From Steroidobacteraceae bacterium (GTDB taxonomy: Bacteria > Pseudomonadota > Gammaproteobacteria > Steroidobacterales > Steroidobacteraceae): DNA of 64,000 nt. Made by a program: the position numbers and the translations under genes. Of this stretch, positions 35,131 through 41,752 are shown in pieces (the first letter of the stretch is position 1; every line of letters starts with the position of its first letter). The stretch spans positions 7,810 through 71,809 of the forward strand of contig DASQGK010000098.1 in assembly GCA_035632655.1 (NCBI GenBank), given 5' to 3'. The notes beneath the pieces were generated by a model, which was not told the origin of the DNA, made no database searches, and saw nothing but the letters and a program-made list of their open reading frames with translations.

Positions 35131-36705
35131 ATGCCTTTCGCGAGGGTCGCGTGCCGGGCGCAGGTCGGCCTGGCGGCCCCGCTCGTCACCGTCGAGGTAA
35201 GTCTGACGAGCGGGTTGCCTGCGTTCTGCATCGTCGGCTTGCCGGCGATGGTGGTGCGCGAGAGCAAGGAACGGGTACGCGCGGCGCTCCTCAACTCCCA
35301 CTTCGACTTTCCGGCCGGGCGAATCACCGTGAATCTTGCGCCCGCGGACTTACCCAAGGAGGGCGGCCGCTTCGACCTGCCGATTGCCTTAGGACTGCTG
35401 CTCGCCTCCCGCCAGGTGCGCAGCGTCCTTCCCGCCGGGCGCGCAGTGGCGCGCGAGTTCTACGGGGAGCTCGGACTCACCGGCGAGCTGAAGGCGGTGC
35501 CGGGCCTCCTGCCGGCGGCCGTCGCCGCCCGCCGCAGCGATCACGAGCTGATCGTGCCGCGCGCCAATGCGCTCGAGGCCTGCGCGGTTGCGCCAGCGCT
35601 CACCCGCGCGGCGGATCACCTCCTCGAGGTCTGCGCGCACGTGGCCGGCACCGCCCCGCTCCCACCCGCTCGTGACCCACGGGCGAGCAGCGCGCTTCTG
35701 CCGCAGCCGCCCGCGCTCCCGCTCGATCTCGCCGACGTGCGCGGCCAGGCGCACGCCAAGCGCGCTCTCACCATCGCCGCCGCCGGCTCCCACAGCCTGC
35801 TGCTGATCGGCCCGCCCGGATGCGGAAAGAGCATGCTGGCGCAGCGGCTGCCCGGCCTGCTGCCGCCGCTCGAGGCGTCCGAGGCACTCGAGGTGGCGGC
35901 GATCGCCTCGGTGAGCGGCGCGGACTTTCGCTGCCAGGCACTCAGCGAGCGTCCCTTCCGCTCGCCCCATCACAGCGCCACGGTACCGGCCCTGGTCGGC
36001 GGCGGCGCGCGCGCCCGCCCCGGTGAGATCAGCCTCGCGCATCACGGCGTGCTGTTTCTCGATGAGCTCCCCGAATTCGGTCGGGCGACGCTCGAGGCGC
36101 TGCGTGAGCCGCTCGAGACCGGCATGGTCGCGGTCGCACGCGCGGCGCGCGAGACCCGCTACCCCGCCGCCTTTCAGCTGATTGCGGCGATGAATCCCTG
36201 TCCCTGCGGCCGCCTCGGCGACCCGACCGGGAGCTGCCGCTGCTCGCCCCACGCCGTGCGGCGTTATCTCGGACGCATCTCCGGACCCCTGCTCGACCGG
36301 CTCGACATGCAGGTGGAGGTGCCGCCGGTTCCGGCAGGCGAGTTCGACCTCCCGTCGGCGGAGGGCAGCGCCGCGGCCGCCGACGCCGTGCGGCGTGCGC
36401 GCGAGCTGCAGCTCGCACGTCAGGGAATCTGCAATGCGCGTCTCGCCGATACCGCGTTGCCGCGCTGCTGCATGCCGGATGCGCTCGGCCGGCGGCTGCT
36501 CGAGACGGCCGTGCGGCGCTTCGGGCTCTCGGGGCGTTCGCGCGTGCGCGTGCTCAAGGTAGCGCGCACCATCGCCGATCTCGACGGCCATGCGACAGTG
36601 GGGATCGCCCAGCTGAGCGAGGCGCTCATGCTGCGCTGTCTGGATCGCGCCGCAGGCGGCGCTAGTGCTGCGCCATCGACACCATGTAGTCCACCGCCTG
36701 CTTGA
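35131..36705 (+). CDS. YifB/ComM family Mg-chelatase-like ATPase
   Basis: 524 aa. Lon-like N-terminal domain, Walker A GPPGCGKSMLA, GVLFLDELPEF, and a C-terminal CxCxxxxxC segment (NPCPCGRLGDPTGSCRC). Confidence 0.92.
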   Translation: MPFARVACRAQVGLAAPLVTVEVSLTSGLPAFCIVGLPAMVVRESKERVRAALLNSHFDFPAGRITVNLAPADLPKEGGRFDLPIALGLLLASRQVRSVLPAGRAVAREFYGELGLTGELKAVPGLLPAAVAARRSDHELIVPRANALEACAVAPALTRAADHLLEVCAHVAGTAPLPPARDPRASSALLPQPPALPLDLADVRGQAHAKRALTIAAAGSHSLLLIGPPGCGKSMLAQRLPGLLPPLEASEALEVAAIASVSGADFRCQALSERPFRSPHHSATVPALVGGGARARPGEISLAHHGVLFLDELPEFGRATLEALREPLETGMVAVARAARETRYPAAFQLIAAMNPCPCGRLGDPTGSCRCSPHAVRRYLGRISGPLLDRLDMQVEVPPVPAGEFDLPSAEGSAAAADAVRRARELQLARQGICNARLADTALPRCCMPDALGRRLLETAVRRFGLSGRSRVRVLKVARTIADLDGHATVGIAQLSEALMLRCLDRAAGGASAAPSTPCSPPPA

Positions 36706-37201
36706 CGAGATCGTCGGGCAGATCGGTGCGGCCACCCTTGGGAGGCATGACGCCGCCGCCGGGTCCGCCCTGATAGCCATTGAGCGCGTGCTGGTAGAGA
36801 GTCGCCTTGCCCTGCGCGATGCGCGGTGCCCAGGCGGCCTTGTCGCCGGCCTTCGGCGCCCCCGCGATGCCCTGTCCGTGGCAGGTGCTGCACACCTCAG
36901 CGAACAGCGCCTTGCCGTCCTTCGGCGGCGCCGCCGGAGCGGCCGCCGCGGAGCCCTCTCCGGGCGGGGTCGTCGGCTTGATGGCGAGGGCGGAATTGTC
37001 CTGGCCGGCGACGGCCACGTGCGCGAGCGGCTCGACGCGTGCGGCGACGCTCTTGCCGTAGTCGGGCTCGCTGAGAATCTGCGCTTCCTGCGTGCGGCTC
37101 GCGACGATGCGTGCGAAGGCGAACAGCACCACGGTGATGGTCACGAGCAGACCGATCACCATGCTGAAGACGTTGAAGAAATGCGTATCCTGTTTGCTCA
37201 C
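36662..37201 (-). CDS. membrane-anchored cytochrome c5-family protein
   Basis: 179 aa. N-terminal TM helix, then heme motif CSTCHGQG and MPPKGG. Confidence 0.85.
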   Translation of the reverse strand: MSKQDTHFFNVFSMVIGLLVTITVVLFAFARIVASRTQEAQILSEPDYGKSVAARVEPLAHVAVAGQDNSALAIKPTTPPGEGSAAAAPAAPPKDGKALFAEVCSTCHGQGIAGAPKAGDKAAWAPRIAQGKATLYQHALNGYQGGPGGGVMPPKGGRTDLPDDLVKQAVDYMVSMAQH

Positions 37202-37255
37202 GGGTCACCGGTCCGCGTCGCGCCGATTGGCCGCGCAGTATAGCCGCTCGGCAAA

Positions 37256-37284
37256 TAGACGGCATTTCCCGCCGCGCGTATCAT
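37256..37284 (+). promoter_or_regulatory. sigma-70-like promoter TAGACG-N17-TATCAT with GC-rich discriminator, upstream of tRNA-Arg
   Basis: Read directly. The -10 ends 14 nt before the tRNA 5' end. Confidence 0.35.
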
Positions 37285-37298
37285 CGCCCGCCCCGAAC

Positions 37299-37375
37299 GC
37301 GCCCGTAGCTCAGTTGGATAGAGTGGCAGCCTCCGAAGCTGCAGGTCGCTGGTTCGAATCCAGTCGGGCGCGCCA
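37299..37375 (+). tRNA. tRNA-Arg (anticodon CCG)
   Basis: Acceptor stem GCGCCCG/CGGGCGC. D-arm TAGCTCAGTTGGATAGAGT. Anticodon stem GCAGC/GCTGC with loop CTCCGAA. T-arm GGTTCGAATCC. Encoded CCA end. Confidence 0.93.
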
Positions 37376-37380
37376 TTCCT

Positions 37381-38238
37381 TCAATGACGGTGCTCGTACG
37401 CCGCGAGGTCGTCGATCAGCTGAATGAGCTGGCCGGCACCTCCGGCCTTGGCGACATCCGTCGTGTACTTGCCGTTGATGACGACCAGGGGAACATTCTG
37501 CACGCCGTAGCGGTTGGTGATCTCCTCGGCGCGCTGCAGATCGGAGTTCACCGAGAAGGAATTGAAGGCGCCGGCGTAGTCGGCGGCGCTGACACCGTAC
37601 TGCGCCACCCAGCCCTGCTCCATCTTCAGCGACTCCTCGTCCGACTTGCCGATGAGAGGATTGCGCTGCTGCTGGATGGTGTCGAAGGCCTTCTCGATGA
37701 GGTCGGGGCGCCCCAGCGCCTCGAGCGTGTAGAACAGCCTGGCGTGTGAGCGCTGCGGCGGACCCCAGATCACCGGCACGCGCACGAACTGGATGTAGGC
37801 GGGCTTGCTCTTCAGCCAGGTGAGGATGTAGGGCTCGAGCGCGTAGCAGTGCGGGCAGCCGAGCCACATGACTTCGAGCACCTCCACCTTGCCGGGCTCG
37901 ACGCTGGTCGGTTGCGCCGGCACCTTCGGGTCGTAGTTGACGCCGGGCTTCCAGCGGCCGCTGGGCAGCTGCGCATCGGCCGGGAGCGGCGTCATGCGCT
38001 CGAGCGAGGCGTCGCTGCTCTCGGTTTTTTCACTTGCCGCGCCGTCGGCGGATTCCTGCGAGGCGCGCGCCTGCTCGGCCTCGCTCTGCGCCGCGGTCGT
38101 GGCGGCGGGCGGCGGCTGGGCTGCCGGCTCGCTCGGCGCGGCGACGGGCGGGGCGGGAGCAGCTGCCGGCGGCGGTGCCTGCTCGTGGCCGCAGCCCCCG
38201 AGGGCGATCAGGGCGAGCAGGGCAAGACAGCGCTTCAA
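37381..38238 (-). CDS. dsbA: DsbA-family thiol:disulfide oxidoreductase, lipoprotein form with Ala/Pro-rich linker
   Basis: About 285 aa from TTG 38238 (TTGA overlap with the cytochrome c4 stop). Lipobox LIALGGC, then a low-complexity linker of about 70 aa, then WLGCPHCYALEP. Confidence 0.82.
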   Translation of the reverse strand: MKRCLALLALIALGGCGHEQAPPPAAAPAPPVAAPSEPAAQPPPAATTAAQSEAEQARASQESADGAASEKTESSDASLERMTPLPADAQLPSGRWKPGVNYDPKVPAQPTSVEPGKVEVLEVMWLGCPHCYALEPYILTWLKSKPAYIQFVRVPVIWGPPQRSHARLFYTLEALGRPDLIEKAFDTIQQQRNPLIGKSDEESLKMEQGWVAQYGVSAADYAGAFNSFSVNSDLQRAEEITNRYGVQNVPLVVINGKYTTDVAKAGGAGQLIQLIDDLAAYEHRH

Positions 38239-38960
38239 CGCATGCCCTGCACGTAGGAGGCGACGTCGCGGATTTCCTCCGGAGTCATCCGCTTGGCGAG
38301 GGTGAGCATCATCACGCCGTTCGGGCTCGCCTGCTCCGGGTTGGGGCCCGTGTAGCGGGCGCCGCTCGCGTAGTCGTTCAGCTGCTTCACGACATACACC
38401 GACTGTTGCGCGCGCAGCGCCGGATAGCCGGCCGCCAGATTGCCGCGCCCCAGGGGGCCGTGGCAGGCGACACACGCCGGCACTTCGCGTGCCGCATCGC
38501 CGGACAGATACACCTGCTCGCCCGCCTTCCAGTAGGAGGGGTCCGCCTCGAGCCCGGTCGGGGTCTGGGCCTGGTAGTAGACGGCGAGATCGCTGATGTC
38601 CTGGTCGTTCAGGGTCGCCGCCAGCGGCTTCATGATGGGGTTGTTGCGCACGCCGGCGCGGAACAGCCGCAGCTGCTCGGCGATGTAGACCGCGCTCTGG
38701 CCGGCGAGCCGCGGCCACTCGGGATTCGCGCTGTTGCCGGCCTGACCATGGCAGGACGCGCACAACGCCGCCTTGCTCTCGCCGCTCGCGGCCTTGCCGG
38801 TGTCGAAGGGCGAGCTCGCGGGTGCCGCGCTGGCCGCGGGTGCCGCGCTCGCCGCGGGTGCCGGAGCTGTTTGCGAGAAAGCGACGGCTCCGGTCAGTGT
38901 GAACGAGAGGGCGGTGAATACGATCGGGGCGACCCTGAGCGTCTGCGGCATTTTTCTCAT
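38235..38960 (-). CDS. dihaem cytochrome c4
   Basis: About 241 aa with a signal peptide. Two CxxCH motifs (CASCH, CVACH) and PIMKP/MLTLAK Met ligand regions. An alternative ATG is at 38951. Confidence 0.9.
   Translation of the reverse strand: MRKMPQTLRVAPIVFTALSFTLTGAVAFSQTAPAPAASAAPAASAAPASSPFDTGKAASGESKAALCASCHGQAGNSANPEWPRLAGQSAVYIAEQLRLFRAGVRNNPIMKPLAATLNDQDISDLAVYYQAQTPTGLEADPSYWKAGEQVYLSGDAAREVPACVACHGPLGRGNLAAGYPALRAQQSVYVVKQLNDYASGARYTGPNPEQASPNGVMMLTLAKRMTPEEIRDVASYVQGMR
38818..38864. repeat. in-frame 18-bp tandem repeat (about 2.6 copies) GCGGGTGCCGCGCT(G/C)GCC inside the cytochrome c4 gene
   Basis: Read directly. It encodes (AAPAAS)n just after the signal peptide. Confidence 0.8.
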
Positions 38961-39008
38961 TCCGGTGCGGCGTCCGCGAAGCGAGGGCCGCGATTGTACA
39001 CTACGAAA

Positions 39009-39587
39009 ATGAGCCGCTTTCAGCAGGTGCACTTTCTCCTGAGCGCCGCACAACCCGCGCAATTCCCCGCGGATACGGGCGCCGAAGTCGCCTTTGCCGG
39101 GCGCTCGAACGCGGGCAAGTCGAGCGCCATCAACGCCATCGTCCAGCGCCACGGTCTCGCCCGCACCAGCAAGACCCCGGGACGCACCCGCCTGCTCAAT
39201 TTCTTCGAGCTGGCCCCGTCGAAGCGCCTGGTGGACCTTCCGGGCTATGGCTACGCGGGGGGACCCGAGGCCGACCGCCGCACCTGGCACGCGCTCATCG
39301 AAGCGCTCGGTGAGCGCGCCTCGTTGAAGGCCCTGTTCCTGATCGTCGATGCCCGCCGCGGTCTCACGGACGGCGATGAGGGGCTCCTCGAGTGGGTTTC
39401 GCCGGCGCAGCGCGTGCACGTGCTGCTCGCCAAGGCTGACAAACTGTCCCGGGGGGAGGCCCAGAGCGCCCTGCGTACGGCCGGCGGACAGCTCGCCGGC
39501 CGGGCGACGGTGCAGCTCTTCTCGGCATTCGACGGGACCGGCCTCAAGCAGGCTCAGGACACGCTCGAGAATTGCCTCGCACAATAA
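39009..39587 (+). CDS. engB: ribosome biogenesis GTPase YihA/EngB
   Basis: 192 aa from ATG 39009. Motifs: G1 GRSNAGKSSAIN, DLPGYGY, LAKADK. The upstream 325 codons of the ORF are antisense junk. Confidence 0.93.
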   Translation: MSRFQQVHFLLSAAQPAQFPADTGAEVAFAGRSNAGKSSAINAIVQRHGLARTSKTPGRTRLLNFFELAPSKRLVDLPGYGYAGGPEADRRTWHALIEALGERASLKALFLIVDARRGLTDGDEGLLEWVSPAQRVHVLLAKADKLSRGEAQSALRTAGGQLAGRATVQLFSAFDGTGLKQAQDTLENCLAQ

Positions 39588-39619
39588 AAAGCCCCGGCGA
39601 CTTTGAGGGCCGCCGGGGC
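39586..39619 (-). terminator. rho-independent terminator oriented for the - strand
   Basis: On the - strand: GCCCCGGCG-N11-CGCCGGGGC followed by TTTTTATTG. No T tract on the + strand. Confidence 0.7.
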
Positions 39620-39742
39620 AGACCAACCCGGCACAGGTCTCGTTGAACCGGGTCATGTACCCGCTCAGGGAGGGAAGCGGGGAGTGCTAAGCACTCGCTG
39701 GATGAGACAAAGCACGTGCGCCCGGAGTTCCGGTCCGGCCCA
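39586..39742 (-). ncRNA. candidate sRNA of about 150 nt (positional analogue of Spot 42/ErsA)
   Basis: On the - strand: TTGACC (39778-39773), N18, GATTAT (39754-39749) in an AT-rich patch. Internal hairpins follow (CCGGACCGGAACTCCGG, GAGTGCTTAGCACTC), ending in the intrinsic terminator above. No ORF with an RBS. Confidence 0.35.
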
Positions 39743-39857
39743 GAAAAAATAATCCATTCAAATCATAAGTTTGGTCAACGAGTTGTATCGCCTGCGCCAC
39801 ACGGACTACTACCGCGCAGGGCGCCAAAGCCACGCCTTTGGCGCCCGGCAACGGGAG

Positions 39858-40415
39858 CTAGAAGAAATTGAAGAAGACGCCGAGCGAGACGATATTCGCG
39901 CCGCTCGTGTTGCGGATGCTGAAGCTCTCGTACTCCAGGCGCGCGCCGAAGTTGCCCAGGTGCGCCTGGCCGCCGATGCCCCAGGCGAATTCGGTGCCGT
40001 TGTCCGAGAGAGAAAAGAGTCCCGGAGGCGCGCCGGGGCCGGTGCTGCCGCTCGAGTTCCAGCGCGCCAGGCCAGCCTTGCCGAACACGTCCACCCAGGG
40101 GACTGGGATTGGCAGGAAGCCGACCGCGTATCCCGCGAAGGCCTTGTAGCTGAGGTGCGTGGTGCCGCCGCCGGGAGAGGCCACCGACTGGCTGCCGAGG
40201 TCGATGTAATCCGCCTCCACGGCGAACAGGCTTATCGGCCGCACCCCCGCCCAGACCTTCCAGCTGGTGCTGTTGAGGTTGGAGTTGGTCGCGGCAACGT
40301 CGCGCAGATTGTCGTTGGAGAGACCGGCCCCGAGGTAGAGGATCCCGTTGTCGGCGTGGGCGAGGCCCGCACCGAGCGCGAGCACCAGGGCGAGGAGCAG
40401 TCTGTGGATACGCAT
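39858..40415 (-). CDS. small outer-membrane beta-barrel protein (OmpA-like TM / OMP_b-brl family), paralogue 1
   Basis: 185 aa. Signal peptide ...AGLAHA. C-terminal FGARLEYESFSIRNTSGANIVSLGVFFNFF. 22-nt gap to paralogue 2. Confidence 0.8.
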   Translation of the reverse strand: MRIHRLLLALVLALGAGLAHADNGILYLGAGLSNDNLRDVAATNSNLNSTSWKVWAGVRPISLFAVEADYIDLGSQSVASPGGGTTHLSYKAFAGYAVGFLPIPVPWVDVFGKAGLARWNSSGSTGPGAPPGLFSLSDNGTEFAWGIGGQAHLGNFGARLEYESFSIRNTSGANIVSLGVFFNFF

Positions 40416-40437
40416 ACGCTTCCTTTCTCTACGACGT

Positions 40438-41007
40438 TCAGAGGAAATTGAAGAACACGCTCAGCGACACGATGTTCGCCCCGCTGGTGTTGCGAACGCT
40501 GAAGTTCTCGTACTCGAGCCGTGCGCCGAAGTTGCCGATGTGCGCCTGGGTGCCGACGCCCCACGCGAACTGCGTACCGTTGTCCGACAGGGAGAAGAAC
40601 TGGGGAGAACCGATGAAGCCCGCCAGACTGCCGTCGCCGCTCAGCTTCCAGCGCGCCAGCCCCACCTTACCGAAGACGTCGAGAAAGGGGATCGGGATCG
40701 GCACGAAACCGACCGCGTAGCCGGCAAGAGCCTTGTAATGAACGTGCGTGTGGCTGAAGGTGTCGACCCCCATGAAATTGACCGACTGGCTGCCGAGATT
40801 GATGTAGTCGGCCTCGACGGCGAACAGACTGATGGGCCGCACTCCGGCCCACGCCTTCCAGCTGGTGCTGTTCAGGCTGGAATTGGTCGCCGCGATGTCC
40901 CTGAGGTTGTCGTTGGAGAGGCCGGCGCCGAGATAGAGCATGCCGTTGTCGGCCTGAGCGACGCTCGCAGCGAGCGCCACCATGAGTGCGAAGAGAAGTC
41001 TGCGCAT
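40438..41007 (-). CDS. small outer-membrane beta-barrel protein, paralogue 2
   Basis: 189 aa from ATG 41007 (AGGAG RBS). By eye about three quarters identical to paralogue 1. Ends VFFNFL. Confidence 0.8.
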   Translation of the reverse strand: MRRLLFALMVALAASVAQADNGMLYLGAGLSNDNLRDIAATNSSLNSTSWKAWAGVRPISLFAVEADYINLGSQSVNFMGVDTFSHTHVHYKALAGYAVGFVPIPIPFLDVFGKVGLARWKLSGDGSLAGFIGSPQFFSLSDNGTQFAWGVGTQAHIGNFGARLEYENFSVRNTSGANIVSLSVFFNFL

Positions 41008-41087
41008 ACCGGCTCTCCTGAGGATCGTGACGTCCTGATAACACACTTGCGGCGCCTGCGTTGACATGCAGCCGCCCTCTTCGCCTC

Positions 41088-41642
41088 CTAGGCAATGTTC
41101 ACGAACACCTCGAGCGACACGACATTCGCGCCGTTGGTGCCCGGGATCCTGAAGCTCTCGTACTCGAGTCGCGCACCGAAGTTTCCGGCGTGGACCTGGG
41201 TCCCGACACCCCAGGCGAAGGAGTTGCCGTTGGTCGAGAAGGATCCCGGCACGAGCGCTGAGATCGAGCTGCCGTTGAGAGTCCAGCGGGCCAGCCCCGC
41301 CTTGCCGAAGACGTCGACCAGCGGCAGCGGCAGCGGCAGGAATCCCACCGCGTAGGCGGCGAACGCATTGGCGTCCGAATGGTTGCTGGTGGTGGTGAGG
41401 AAATTCCGGGTCTGACCGCCGAGATCGATGTAGTCGGTCTCGACGGCGAGCAGGCGCAGCGGCCGGAACCCCCCGTAGAGCTTCCACGACGTGCCGTCGA
41501 TGTCGGCGAAGGCCGTGCCGCCGTGGACGATGTCGCTGACCTTGTCCCTGGAGATTCCGGCGCCGAAATAGACATAGCCATTGTCGGCACGGGCGGCGCC
41601 CGCACCGAGCACCAGCGCCATGGCGAGCAGCAGGGTGCGCAT
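41088..41642 (-). CDS. small outer-membrane beta-barrel protein, paralogue 3 (more divergent)
   Basis: 184 aa from ATG 41642 (AGGAGG RBS). It shares DNG..Y.GAG, TSWK, AVE.DYIDLG, AYAVGFLP.P.P.VDVFGKAGLARW, FAWGVGTQ.H.GNFGARLEYE. Ends VFVNIA. Confidence 0.8.
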   Translation of the reverse strand: MRTLLLAMALVLGAGAARADNGYVYFGAGISRDKVSDIVHGGTAFADIDGTSWKLYGGFRPLRLLAVETDYIDLGGQTRNFLTTTSNHSDANAFAAYAVGFLPLPLPLVDVFGKAGLARWTLNGSSISALVPGSFSTNGNSFAWGVGTQVHAGNFGARLEYESFRIPGTNGANVVSLEVFVNIA

Positions 41643-41752
41643 TCTGTCCAAACCTCCTGTTCCGGGACGCTTCCTAACTAACACACTCGCGGCGGACGCG
41701 TTGACTGTTGCAAGGCGGCGACAGTTGCGGAAATCGAACGGTGCGCGGCGCC

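Noticed and set aside
36662-36705. The 44-nt convergent overlap of the comM/yifB and cytochrome c5 3' ends, as a possible sign of a frameshift or misassembly.
   Set aside because: Both proteins are complete up to their usual C-terminal regions. The comM tail is simply a low-complexity extension with no earlier stop. There is no evidence of disruption.
37299-37375. tRNA-Arg as a possible genomic-island integration site.
   Set aside because: Both flanks are core respiratory or envelope genes (cytochrome c5, and dsbA only 5 nt away). No integrase and no direct repeat of the tRNA 3' end is seen nearby.
38034-39008. The 325-codon N-terminal extension of the engB ORF.
   Set aside because: It is antisense to the dsbA and cytochrome c4 genes. 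EngB homology (G1 motif, size about 190 aa) begins at ATG 39009.
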